Shown: positions 9,478 through 18,515 of the stretch, piece after piece | Numbering within the stretch: the stretch's first letter is position 1 | Layout: each line of letters opens with the position of its first letter | NCBI GenBank assembly: GCA_047651235.1 | Contig: CP178758.1 | Span: 1,290,001 to 1,322,000, forward strand | DNA: 32,000 nucleotides | Source of the DNA: Candidatus Electrothrix yaqonensis | GTDB lineage: Bacteria; Desulfobacterota; Desulfobulbia; Desulfobulbales; Desulfobulbaceae | Direction of reading: 5' to 3' | Notes under the pieces: model-generated | What the model saw: only the letters and a program-made list of their open reading frames with translations | The model's database searches: none | Told to the model about the DNA's origin: nothing | Translations under genes and position numbers: made by a program

Positions 9478-10392
9478 TCATGCCGGTAGTGTGCCTCTCA
9501 TTTTTGTACGAAGAAAGCATAACTGCTCCCGAATAGATCTTGGCAGGTAGCCGATTGCCGCTGTCTTTGCGCTGTCTAACGATACATCACGCGGCCTGGG
9601 AGCCTCCATGACGGCATCTTGCTGCCGACACTGCACCAGACGCGTACTGTCGAACTGAAAGACCTCAGCGACGGCCTGGCCCAATTCCCATCTGCTGAGA
9701 CGTTCCGGACCGCCGAGATGAAGTGTGCCAGCCTCTGCCTTCCGTAAGGCCAGCAATATTCCGTGCGCCGCTGTTTCCGTGGTTACCGGTGTCCGTATTT
9801 CATCAGTAAACAGCCTGAGTTCTTCCTGATTCTCCATTGCCTTGAGCATCCCCTTCAGGAGGCCGTCCGTAGCCGGACTGCCGAGGCCCAACAGCAAGGG
9901 CAGACGACAGACTGTGGTGGAGGGATAACGTGATTGCATGGCAGTTTCCGCCCGCAGCTTGTGTTCTCCATAGATCGAAATCGGGTTCGCTGTACAGTTC
10001 TCATCGTAGGGAGGATTTTTTCCGTCGAACACCAGATCGGATGAGGTGAATACGCATGGAATCGCGAGGTCCGCACAGAGAGATGCAATATTTGCCGAAG
10101 CTGTTACATTGATCGCTTCTGATGTATCAGGATACCGCTGGCAGCACTCAGGACTTGAGAGCGCTGCCGCATGCACCACCGCATCTGGTCGGACAGCAGT
10201 GAACAGATCGCCGAGTGAACGCTCATCGGTCAGGTCTGCCCTGCAGATATGCACCCCGGGACATTCAACAGGGTGCTGAAACACCGTGCCGAATGTTTCC
10301 CATGACCTTGCTGCCAAGCCGCCCAAGGCCCATCCGAGAACGCCGCTCACCCCGGTAATCAGAAGTTTTGCTTGATTCTGCTGTCGAACCAT
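9478..10392 (-). CDS. NAD(P)-dependent SDR, RmlD-like (dTDP-4-dehydrorhamnose reductase family)
   Basis: Rossmann motif LLITGVSGVLG. Also DAVVHAAA, SSDLVFDG..PPYDE and IYGEHKLRAE (the YxxxK motif). The ORF could also start at GTG 10428. ATG 10392 gives the usual short N-terminus. Confidence 0.75.
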   Translation of the reverse strand: MVRQQNQAKLLITGVSGVLGWALGGLAARSWETFGTVFQHPVECPGVHICRADLTDERSLGDLFTAVRPDAVVHAAALSSPECCQRYPDTSEAINVTASANIASLCADLAIPCVFTSSDLVFDGKNPPYDENCTANPISIYGEHKLRAETAMQSRYPSTTVCRLPLLLGLGSPATDGLLKGMLKAMENQEELRLFTDEIRTPVTTETAAHGILLALRKAEAGTLHLGGPERLSRWELGQAVAEVFQFDSTRLVQCRQQDAVMEAPRPRDVSLDSAKTAAIGYLPRSIREQLCFLRTKMRGTLPA

Positions 10393-10537
10393 AAAATCAT
10401 CTTCAGTAATGTTTTCGGCTAACTGCACGGTAAGGCTGCAAGCTTACTTTAATCAGAGTAGAGAGCAGGACGACCTTTGTCAACAGGAAAATCGCCAATG
10501 AATTCGGCGACAGGTTAATGGCAAGTTTTGTCCTTCA

Positions 10538-10583
10538 TTCCCTGATTTCCATCAAATGCGTAACTCCTGATGAAATCAGGGAA
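10538..10583. repeat. perfect 12-bp inverted repeat with 22-nt spacer in a divergent intergenic region
   Basis: TTCCCTGATTTC (10538-10549) and GAAATCAGGGAA (10572-10583). Pairing extends 4 more bp with one bulge. Function unknown; it could be an operator or a leader hairpin. Confidence 0.6.
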
Positions 10584-10701
10584 TCGGAAAAAAATAACGC
10601 TTTTCCGGTCAAGGCCAGCTATACTGTGTGCCATCCGACTCGGGGCTATCGCAAGAATTGCCCTGACGCTGCGTAACCCCAACAAAAAAGGAGAACATAC
10701 C

Positions 10702-11883
10702 ATGAACAGAACAGCCCGGCTTATTGCCGCGCTCTGCGCGCTCACCCTCTGCTTTTCTACTGCCGCTTGGAGCTTCGGCAGAAAAAAAGTTATCAAGGTG
10801 GGCCTGAACGTCCCAATGACCGGTGACATTCCCAAGGTTGGCGAAGGCAGCAAATATGCGGCCGAGATGTGGCTGGAGGATATAACGAAGGCTGGCGGGA
10901 TTGAGGTCGGCGGCAAGAAATACCCGGTGGAACTGGTCGTGGAGGACAACGAATCCAAGGCCGAGTCTGCGGTCAAGGCCAACACCAAGATGATTACTCA
11001 GGATGACGTGCTGATCATCATCGGCCCGCAGTCTTCCAAGCAGGCCATTCCGGCCGGGGATGTGGCCAATAACTACGAAACCCCGATGATCAGCCCCTGG
11101 TCCACCAACCCGGACACCACGGCTGACCGTCCCTATGTTTTCCGGGGCTGCTTCCTTGATCCCTTCCAGGGGCCGGTGCTGGCCAACTTCATCACCGATG
11201 AATTCAAGTTCACCAAGGCGGCTGTGCTCTACGACGTGGCCAGCGATTACCCCAAGGGCCTAGCCGAGTTCTTCAAAAAATCCTGGGAGGAAAAACACGG
11301 TAAAGATTCGGTAGTTGCCTATGAGAGTTTTACTACCAGGGATACCGATTTCAGCTCCCAGCTGACCAAGATCATCCGCTCCGGCGCTGAAGTGCTCTTT
11401 ACCCCGCAGTATTACAACGAGGTCGCCCTGATTGTTCAGCAGGCCAAGGATCTGGGCTGGAGAGGCCCGATTGTGGGCAGTGACAGCTGGGGTTCCGCCG
11501 AGACCATTGAGCTCTGCGGCGAGCCGTGTTACGGCCAGTTCTTCAGCACCCATTACGCAGCGGCCGGAGCCAAAGGCGCGACCAAAGAATTCATTGACCG
11601 GTACAAGGCAAAACACGGTTATGTGCCCGATGACGTGGCCGCTCTGACCTGGGATGCCCTGGGGCTGGCCCGTACCGCCATTGAAGGCGCCGGGGGAATC
11701 ACCGGCAGGATCAAGAAAGACCGCAAGGCAGTGCGCGACGCTCTGGCAAAGGTCAAAGACTTTCAGGGTATTACCGGAAAAATGACCTTCACCGAAGAGG
11801 GTGATCCGAAAAAATGCGCCGTAATCGTCAAAATCAGCGACAAGGGCGCGTACGAATTTTATAAGTCGATTTGTCCGGAATAA
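10702..11883 (+). CDS. periplasmic ABC-transporter substrate-binding protein, LivK / branched-chain amino acid type (Peripla_BP_6)
   Basis: Signal peptide MNRTARLIAALCALTLCFSTAAWS. Strong SD AAAGGAG before ATG 10702. IKVGLNVPMTGD...GPQSS... is typical of the family. No adjacent permease or ATPase genes. Confidence 0.85.
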   Translation: MNRTARLIAALCALTLCFSTAAWSFGRKKVIKVGLNVPMTGDIPKVGEGSKYAAEMWLEDITKAGGIEVGGKKYPVELVVEDNESKAESAVKANTKMITQDDVLIIIGPQSSKQAIPAGDVANNYETPMISPWSTNPDTTADRPYVFRGCFLDPFQGPVLANFITDEFKFTKAAVLYDVASDYPKGLAEFFKKSWEEKHGKDSVVAYESFTTRDTDFSSQLTKIIRSGAEVLFTPQYYNEVALIVQQAKDLGWRGPIVGSDSWGSAETIELCGEPCYGQFFSTHYAAAGAKGATKEFIDRYKAKHGYVPDDVAALTWDALGLARTAIEGAGGITGRIKKDRKAVRDALAKVKDFQGITGKMTFTEEGDPKKCAVIVKISDKGAYEFYKSICPE

Positions 11884-11960
11884 ACTGATAGGATACAGAA
11901 AGACACACAACGTGACAGTCGGGTACCGAAAGGTATCCGACGGAGACAAAGGAGGTTCTG

Positions 11961-13142
11961 ATGTCTTTTCTGTATGATGCACTTCTTTCCTCGTGGAACC
12001 TGCTCAATCAGTCTGCGGTCTACATGCTGTTCGGCCTGCTGATCGGCGGGCTGCTCAAGGAGTATCTCTCTCCCGACTATGTGGCCGCCCATCTGGGTTC
12101 CGGCCGTTTCAGCTCAGTGTTCAAATCCGCCCTGCTCGGCATTCCGATTCCGCTTTGTTCCTGCGGCGTCCTGCCGGCAGCTGCCACCCTGAAAAAACAG
12201 GGGGCCAACAAAGGGGCTGTCACGGCCTTTCTGATTTCCACCCCTGAATCCGGGGTTGATTCTATCTCCATAACCTGGGCCCTGCTTGACCCGATCATGA
12301 CGGTTGCCCGTCCGGTGTCTGCTTTTATTTCCGCTGCAATTGCTGGTATTGCCGAAAATCTCTTTTCTTTTTCCGGTCCGAACCGGGCTGCTCAGTCCGG
12401 TCCCGTTGAGCAGCAGAATACAACAGAACCATGTGCAGAGGAGGACTCATGCGGGTGCGGCTGCGGTTCAGCAGAGGATGCCTCGACTGCCGGTTCGACG
12501 GAGAAACCGGAGGAGGCACAGGGACACGGCTTTGTAAAAAATTTTCCGGGCAAACTGAAAGCCGGGGTGGTTTATGCGGTCACGGACATCTGGGAGGAAC
12601 TTGCAGGCTGGTTTCTTTTCGGCCTCCTGCTGGCCGGGGCCATCACGGTACTGCTGCCTGATGAACTCTTTACAACCTATCTCAGCGGCAGCCTTTCCTC
12701 CATGTTTATTATGCTGGTTATCGGGATTCCGCTGTATATCTGCGCCACCGCCTCCACCCCCATTGCGGCAGCCTTTATCCTCAAAGGGGTGAGTCCGGGA
12801 GCAGCCCTAGTCTTTCTTCTGGTCGGCCCAGCCACCAATATCACCTCCCTGTCCGTCCTAACCGGCCTGTTAGGCAGACGCGGCGTTGCCCTCTATCTGA
12901 TCTCCATTGCCGTGGTCAGCCTCTGCTGCGGCCTGGCTTTGGATGCAGTGTACCGGACGCTCGATATTTCCATCGCATCCTCTGTTGCGCAGCATGGAAA
13001 AATGCTGCCGGAGGGACTGACCATAACGGCATCCCTTGTCCTGCTCGCCCTGTCCGTCCGCCCGATGATGCACAGTGTGCAACGCCGGTTGAGGAGGAAG
13101 GAGGAGCACGACTGCTGCTCTCATGATCATGAGCACCATTGA
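11961..13142 (+). CDS. polytopic permease of the ArsP_1/DUF318 type (SO_0444-like putative metal transporter)
   Basis: The IPIPLCSCGVLPAAATLKKQGANKGAVTAFLISTPESGVDS motif is typical of this permease family. There is a central Cys-rich loop EEDSCGCGCGS and a His/Cys tail HDCCSHDHEHH. Confidence 0.65.
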   Translation: MSFLYDALLSSWNLLNQSAVYMLFGLLIGGLLKEYLSPDYVAAHLGSGRFSSVFKSALLGIPIPLCSCGVLPAAATLKKQGANKGAVTAFLISTPESGVDSISITWALLDPIMTVARPVSAFISAAIAGIAENLFSFSGPNRAAQSGPVEQQNTTEPCAEEDSCGCGCGSAEDASTAGSTEKPEEAQGHGFVKNFPGKLKAGVVYAVTDIWEELAGWFLFGLLLAGAITVLLPDELFTTYLSGSLSSMFIMLVIGIPLYICATASTPIAAAFILKGVSPGAALVFLLVGPATNITSLSVLTGLLGRRGVALYLISIAVVSLCCGLALDAVYRTLDISIASSVAQHGKMLPEGLTITASLVLLALSVRPMMHSVQRRLRRKEEHDCCSHDHEHH

Positions 13143-13177
13143 GGCTGACAGCATTCCGGTTCCTTCCGGACAGCACT

Positions 13178-14197
13178 TCAGGCAACCTCCACCGTGTGCC
13201 GCATCTGCGTCGGGTTTGTGCTCAGGGTAATCCGCTGCCACAGTCCAAGCTGCCGCAGCCGGGTGATGTTGGCGGATTTCATCCCCCGGAAGACGGACTG
13301 ATCCCGTTCGTTGATGCATAGCTGCACAGACCCGTTTCCACCGATTCGGGCCAGCAGTCTTCTTGTCCGCCGCAGCATCAGCCGGGAAGCAACCAGCTCT
13401 CCGAAGGCCGGGTGCCACGGCCCGGCCAGCAGGGAGGCTTCCAGCTCCGGCCCGGCCTGCAGGCCCATACGCACCACCCGGATACCTGCCTCGGCAAAAC
13501 ACTGTTTCATCCAGGCAGCCAGGAGCACGGCCTTGTTCAGGCTGAGCGGTGTATACTCACCACGAAGGTAGCGCGTTGCCAGTTCGCTGTTACGCAGCAC
13601 CAGCAGCGGATAGATGCGGACAAAGTCAGGCTGCAGGGCAATAACCCGGGCAACTGTCCGGCGCAGCGTTGTGCGGCTGTCTTCAGGCAGTCCGAGCATC
13701 AGCTGGATGCCGATTTTCATCCCGGCCCGGCGAAGCACAGACACGGCCTGAGCAACATCAGCGGCAGTATGTCCCCGCTGTGCGGCGGCCAGCACCCTGT
13801 CGTTCATGGACTGCACCCCGAGCTCCACGGTGGAGACCCTGTGCGCCAGCAGCAGCTCAACTTTTCCCGGATCAATATAATCAGGCCGGGTGGACAGCCG
13901 AAGACTCTGCACCTGTCCCTGATCCAGAAACGGCGTAACACCCCCTAACAGCTCTTCCTGCCGTGCCATTGGCAGGCCGGTAAAACTGCCGCCGTAAAAA
14001 GCGACCTGAACTTTCTTCTTTCCAGAACGCTTTCTCTCCAGCCAAGTCCGCACAGTTTCCCGCACGGCTTCTGCAGTCACCGGCTTCCCGGCATGACCAC
14101 TAATCCGCCGCTGATTGCAGAAAATGCAGCAATGCGGGCAGCCCTCGTGGGGAATAAAAACTGGAATGACCAGTGGACGGGACGCTGCCTGCTGCAC
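13178..14197 (-). CDS. radical SAM protein (ELP3/YhcC-like), linked to rnc
   Basis: CPHCCIFC provides the CxxxCxxC cluster motif near the N-terminus, followed by a TIM-barrel-like body. GTG start is preceded by SD GGGGAGG. Confidence 0.8.
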   Translation of the reverse strand: MQQAASRPLVIPVFIPHEGCPHCCIFCNQRRISGHAGKPVTAEAVRETVRTWLERKRSGKKKVQVAFYGGSFTGLPMARQEELLGGVTPFLDQGQVQSLRLSTRPDYIDPGKVELLLAHRVSTVELGVQSMNDRVLAAAQRGHTAADVAQAVSVLRRAGMKIGIQLMLGLPEDSRTTLRRTVARVIALQPDFVRIYPLLVLRNSELATRYLRGEYTPLSLNKAVLLAAWMKQCFAEAGIRVVRMGLQAGPELEASLLAGPWHPAFGELVASRLMLRRTRRLLARIGGNGSVQLCINERDQSVFRGMKSANITRLRQLGLWQRITLSTNPTQMRHTVEVA

Positions 14198-14212
14198 AGA
14201 AACGCCTCCCCG

Positions 14213-14401
14213 TTATCTGGCAGACTTGTCTGTAAAGGTAATTCCCCGGAAAAACTGTCTGCAATCCTGTTCTGTATTGAGTTTCTGAATAAGCTCCTTG
14301 TCCAGAAACTCAATATTATTCCCGGCCCACGCAGCACTGCAGGTGTACAGGCACAGCAGCATGACGCTGCAGGAGAAGAGAATGGGCTGTATATGCTTCA
14401 T
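14213..14401 (-). CDS. small secreted protein (62 aa) of unknown function
   Basis: N-terminal signal-like sequence MKHIQPILFSCSVMLLCLYTCSAAWA|G. SD AGGAA lies 8 nt before the ATG. It sits 37 nt after the rnc stop and 15 nt before the radical SAM start. Confidence 0.45.
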   Translation of the reverse strand: MKHIQPILFSCSVMLLCLYTCSAAWAGNNIEFLDKELIQKLNTEQDCRQFFRGITFTDKSAR

Positions 14402-14438
14402 ATATATGTTCCTGTTGATAAAAAATTTCCCGCCGTGG

Positions 14439-15170
14439 TCACTGCATTGTCTCTTTCAGAGCCTCCAACGCAGCCCGTGCCGCCTGCTGCTCCGCCTCCT
14501 TTTTGCTCCCGGCCTGGCCGGAGCCGAGAATCTGATCCCGGAAACAGGCTGATACGGTAAACAGGCGGGCATGCGCAGGCCCCTCTTCGGCATCAAGTAC
14601 ATAACGCGGCCCTTCATTATGCAGTTCCTGCAGCCGCTCCTGCAGCATACTCTTGGCATCGGCACGGATGAGCCGTTCACCGTGCCGGTCAATCAGGGGC
14701 TCAAAGGTTCTGCGGACATAGCTGAGCACTGTTTCATAACTGCTGTCCAGAAACATAGCACCGATCAGGGCCTCATAGGCGCAGGCAAGGATGGACGGTT
14801 TTTCCCGCCCTCCTGAACTCTCTTCGCCGCGACCGAGAAGCAGGTATCTGCCCAGATCAAGGCTGCGGGCCACCTTGGCCAGCCCGGCTTCATTCACCAA
14901 GGCGGAACGTATCCGGGTCAGCTTGCCCTCCCGTTTGTCGGGAAAGCGGGTAAAGAGAATATGACCGACTGCCAGATCCAGGACCGCATCACCGAGGAAT
15001 TCCAGGGTCTCGTTATGCCGGCCGTCATCCAGGCGCTCAAAGGCAAAGGAGCTGTGAATCATGGCCAGCTGCAGCAGTTCAACATTCTGGAATGAATAGC
15101 CTATTGCTTTCTGTAGATCCGCCAGATTCTCTTCCTGCCGGACAATCAGGGCATCAATTGTGGTTCCCAT
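14439..15170 (-). CDS. rnc: ribonuclease III
   Basis: RNase III signature ETLEFLGDAVLDLAV. The C-terminal dsRBD contains GSGQAGSKKEAEQQAARAAL. Confidence 0.95.
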   Translation of the reverse strand: MGTTIDALIVRQEENLADLQKAIGYSFQNVELLQLAMIHSSFAFERLDDGRHNETLEFLGDAVLDLAVGHILFTRFPDKREGKLTRIRSALVNEAGLAKVARSLDLGRYLLLGRGEESSGGREKPSILACAYEALIGAMFLDSSYETVLSYVRRTFEPLIDRHGERLIRADAKSMLQERLQELHNEGPRYVLDAEEGPAHARLFTVSACFRDQILGSGQAGSKKEAEQQAARAALEALKETMQ

Positions 15171-15264
15171 TTTTTCAGTTCTACCCGTCCCTGCTTTATC
15201 CTTCTGATCTTAAAAAAATTTCCTTTCCATTCTTTCCGTCGAAAGATCCTGCAGAAAAAAATCC

Positions 15265-15293
15265 TTGTCAACCAGATCAAATCTGGGTATAAA
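15265..15293 (+). promoter_or_regulatory. candidate sigma-70 promoter for tRNA-Cys
   Basis: TTGTCA-N17-TATAAA, ending 19 nt upstream of the tRNA 5' end. Confidence 0.35.
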
Positions 15294-15311
15294 GTGTCCC
15301 TACATCATCAA

Positions 15312-15386
<75 letters not shown>

Positions 15387-15398
15387 GAGACAGGACAA

Positions 15399-15445
15399 GG
15401 CCGGAAAATGGTATTTTTTTTCGTATCATTCTCCGGCCTTTTTTT
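15399..15445 (+). terminator. rho-independent terminator after tRNA-Cys
   Basis: GGCCGGAAAATG ... CATTCTCCGGCC forms a 12-bp stem with 1 mismatch, followed by T7. Confidence 0.6.
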
Positions 15446-15492
15446 GTCATTTTATCGTACTGCCGTCCCGGCCGATGTGACCCAAGTCCAGA

Positions 15493-16035
15493 TCAGCATG
15501 CGCTGCCGAGCAGATATTCCTGTTCCACATAATGCTTTGCTCCCCGGCTTCCCAGCACACTGCTGTATAATCTGAAGTTATCAACCCGGAACGGAGGGAG
15601 CGTAAGAAGACCGTGCTGCTGCAGATAGCCTCCGATTCCGGTTGCCGGTGTGTTTTTCAGCCGGGCCAGGGTGATGTGCGGGGCAAATTTTCTCTTCTCC
15701 AGCTCCATTCCGATTCCGATAAGGGCGGACCCTATCCGGTTATGCAGACAGGTCAGCTGCTCCTCCTGCCGCACTCCGACCCACAGGGTATGCGGCTTTT
15801 TCCGGGGCGGGAAAAAACCGATGCCTTCCGGCTGCAGGGAGAACGGTTCACTTTCCACCGTTGCCAGACAATCCCGGATATTCCGCAGTTCGGCACCGTC
15901 AACTTCACCGATAAAATGCAGAGTCAGATGGTACTGCTCCGGCGGAACCCAGCGGGCTCCGGGCAGGCCGCAGCAGATAAGCTGCAGCCGCTCCCTGAGC
16001 GTTTCCGGCAGATCAAGTGCGATAAACAGACGCAT
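15493..16035 (-). CDS. thpR: RNA 2',3'-cyclic phosphodiesterase (2H phosphoesterase, LigT/ThpR)
   Basis: Two HxT motifs are present (HLTLHFIG and HITLAR). Length is 180 aa. Confidence 0.85.
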   Translation of the reverse strand: MRLFIALDLPETLRERLQLICCGLPGARWVPPEQYHLTLHFIGEVDGAELRNIRDCLATVESEPFSLQPEGIGFFPPRKKPHTLWVGVRQEEQLTCLHNRIGSALIGIGMELEKRKFAPHITLARLKNTPATGIGGYLQQHGLLTLPPFRVDNFRLYSSVLGSRGAKHYVEQEYLLGSAC

Positions 16036-16056
16036 AACGTCCCAAACAGACTAACC

Positions 16057-17358
16057 TTACTTTCTTTCCGACAGAGGCACAAAGGGCCTAGACGGCTCCC
16101 CGATATACACCTGCCTCGGCCGGCCGATCTTGCCGTGCGGATCTTCCTGTTGCTCCTTCCACTGGGCGATCCAGCCGGGCAGGCGGCCTAGAGCGAACAT
16201 TACCGTAAACATGTTGGTGGGGATGCCCAAGGCCCGGTAGATGATCCCGGAGTAGAAATCCACATTGGGGAACAGATTGCGTTCAATAAAGTATTCGTCC
16301 TGCAGGGCAATTTCTTCAAGCCGCAGGGCAATGTCCAGCAGGGGATCGGAGATATTGAGCACTTCAAGCAGCTCGTCGCAGGCCTCCTTGATAATTTTCC
16401 CTCTGGGATCATAAGTTCTGTAGACCCGGTGCCCGAATCCGGATAACCTGAACGGATCTTTTTTATCTTTGGCCTTATCAATATATTTCTTGAAATCGTC
16501 GCCGTCTTCATGGATGGCGGTCAGCATCTTGACCACCGCTTCATTGGCTCCGCCGTGCAGCGGACCCCACAGGGCATTGATCCCCGCTGAAATGGAAGCA
16601 TAGAGGTTCACGCCCGCGCTGCCCACCAACCGGACCGTGGAGGTGGAGCAATTCTGCTCATGATCGGCATGGAGGATGAGCAGCTTGTTCAAAGCAGCCA
16701 CGGCCTCCGGCTGCACTGTATACGGCAGCACAGGCCGGTCAAACATCATATTGAGAAAGTTGCCGCAGTAGTTCAGATCCCGACGAGGATAGACCAACGG
16801 ATGCCCCATACTTTTCTTATAAGAAAATGCCGCGATCGTCCGGATTTTGGAGATCAGGCGGGCAGCAGTCGTATCAAGGGTTTTGATCGGATCATCGCTC
16901 ATTTCCGGATAATAGCTGCACAGACTGTTGACCATCACTGACAGAATGGCCATGGGCGGAGCATTGGGCGGGAAATGATCAAAAAAATGGATCATATCCT
17001 CATGGATCAGGGCAAACTTTTTCAGCAGCTGGCGGAAATGTTCATATTCAGCAGAATTGGGCAGATGGCCATGCACCAGCAGGTAGGCGACTTCGATAAA
17101 AGCGCAATGTTTAGCCAGTTCCTCAATGGCATAGCCCCGATAGCTGAGTACCCCTTTTTCCCCGTCCAGAAAGGTGATGTCACTGGTGCAGGATGCCGTG
17201 TTTTTATAGCCGTTATCCAGGGAGGTGTATCCGGTTTGCTGCAGCAGTCTGCTGATGTCAATGGCCCTGTCGTTTTCCGTCCCCCGGACAATGGGCAGCG
17301 AGTATGATTTTCCCTCAACAGTAAGGGTTGCGCAGGTGGCATTCTTTTCGTTGTTCAT
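16057..17358 (-). CDS. gltA: citrate synthase (type II, GltA-like)
   Basis: 433 aa from ATG 17358 with SD AAGAGG. Motifs include GFGHRVYRTYDPR, HADHEQN and LGRLPGWIAQWKE. The longer ORF reaching 17682 adds a non-homologous Cys/Arg-rich extension. Confidence 0.95.
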   Translation of the reverse strand: MNNEKNATCATLTVEGKSYSLPIVRGTENDRAIDISRLLQQTGYTSLDNGYKNTASCTSDITFLDGEKGVLSYRGYAIEELAKHCAFIEVAYLLVHGHLPNSAEYEHFRQLLKKFALIHEDMIHFFDHFPPNAPPMAILSVMVNSLCSYYPEMSDDPIKTLDTTAARLISKIRTIAAFSYKKSMGHPLVYPRRDLNYCGNFLNMMFDRPVLPYTVQPEAVAALNKLLILHADHEQNCSTSTVRLVGSAGVNLYASISAGINALWGPLHGGANEAVVKMLTAIHEDGDDFKKYIDKAKDKKDPFRLSGFGHRVYRTYDPRGKIIKEACDELLEVLNISDPLLDIALRLEEIALQDEYFIERNLFPNVDFYSGIIYRALGIPTNMFTVMFALGRLPGWIAQWKEQQEDPHGKIGRPRQVYIGEPSRPFVPLSERK

Positions 17359-17803
17359 GGTGAGTGCCTCTTTTTTTGGTTCATCTTTTTGCCTGCCGCA
17401 GACCGGATGCTCTCTGGCACAACAACGGCAGCAGGCGCGTTTCTGACATACTGAAAAAATAATGCGCAGATGCGCCTGTTCGGGTACAATAAAATCTGTT
17501 GTGTCTCCGAACCGGAGACCCCGGGAGAATACTTCTGAATCAGGACGGCAGGCGACCGGTACTGCAGAACTGGCTGACGGTCCGGGCGTTAATTGAGCTA
17601 CAAACAGTCTGCCGGATAAACGCAGGGTTGAGAGGCAGCATCCGGAGAAGAGCTGCGGCAGAATTGTTCTTATTTCTGTCAATTCGTCTCAACCCACCGC
17701 ACAGCATTTCTATCTATACAGCAGTTTTTCGGAAAAATCAAGTTTCATGCCGTTCTGCCCTGAAACATAATTAAAACATAAGCTGTCACGCTGTCTTTAC
17801 AAC

Positions 17804-18475
17804 ATGGGTGAATTACAGGAAAAACGACGTCGTATCCGCGAACTGATGCACTATGCCGTACCGGACAGCCGGATGGAGCAGGCTGCTGACCTGCTGCTGC
17901 TCTTTCGGGATGACCGCATGGCCCTTACTGTGCTGGATACATTTTACAGTTCCCTGCCGGATACGCGGAACGACTGGATCAAAGAACTGCGGCTGGTGGC
18001 TAGAAAAACAGGCATTTTTCTCTTTGCCGCTGTGACCCCGCTTGATGCCTACCTGTACTTGACCTCAGATGAAGGTATTGAGTTTCACGGCAGCCTGCAG
18101 GAAGGCTATCTGGACAAAGACCTGCTGGATTTTTTTGCTTTTTCCTCTGCAGAGCAGTTCAGCGAGGCAACAGCGGATATTGAACAATTGCCGTTCTACG
18201 AGCCGCTGCAGGCGGATATCGATACCTGTCCGGCCTGTCAGGCCGCAACCGGGGAACTGCATGAGCTGGGCTGTCCGGTAGAAGTCTGCCCCTGGTGCGG
18301 CGGTCAGCTGATCCGCTGTGAATGCCGGTTTACCTTGCTGGGCCAGGAAGAGCTGACTGATGAACAGGATATTGTCCGTTTTGAGGCCCTGCTCAATCAG
18401 CAGGGAAGACAGGCGTACACCCCGGAGCAGCGACCGTCTTTTGCGGACGAAGGCGCCGGTGTGGAGCTGGAGTGA
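17804..18475 (+). CDS. hypothetical acidic protein with C-terminal Cys-rich zinc-ribbon-like motif
   Basis: 223 aa. Contains CPACQAATGELHELGCPVEVCPWCGGQLIRCEC. Codon usage resembles the neighbours, but there is no obvious SD. No family recognised. Confidence 0.55.
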   Translation: MGELQEKRRRIRELMHYAVPDSRMEQAADLLLLFRDDRMALTVLDTFYSSLPDTRNDWIKELRLVARKTGIFLFAAVTPLDAYLYLTSDEGIEFHGSLQEGYLDKDLLDFFAFSSAEQFSEATADIEQLPFYEPLQADIDTCPACQAATGELHELGCPVEVCPWCGGQLIRCECRFTLLGQEELTDEQDIVRFEALLNQQGRQAYTPEQRPSFADEGAGVELE

Positions 18476-18515
18476 CGAAAATAGAAAGAATGACGGAACG
18501 GAACAGAGAACGGAC

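Noticed and set aside
11260-11982. 240-aa minus-strand ORF
   Set aside because: It is antisense to the LivK-type binding protein, which has a signal peptide, an SD and family motifs. This is a shadow ORF.
13412-13948. 178-aa plus-strand ORF and neighbouring plus-strand ORFs inside the radical SAM gene
   Set aside because: They are antisense to a gene with a clear CxxxCxxC radical SAM motif. The GC-rich region generates long spurious frames.
17359-17682. 108-aa N-terminal extension of the citrate synthase ORF
   Set aside because: The extension is Cys/Arg-rich and non-homologous. ATG 17358 has an SD and gives the canonical ~433-aa GltA.
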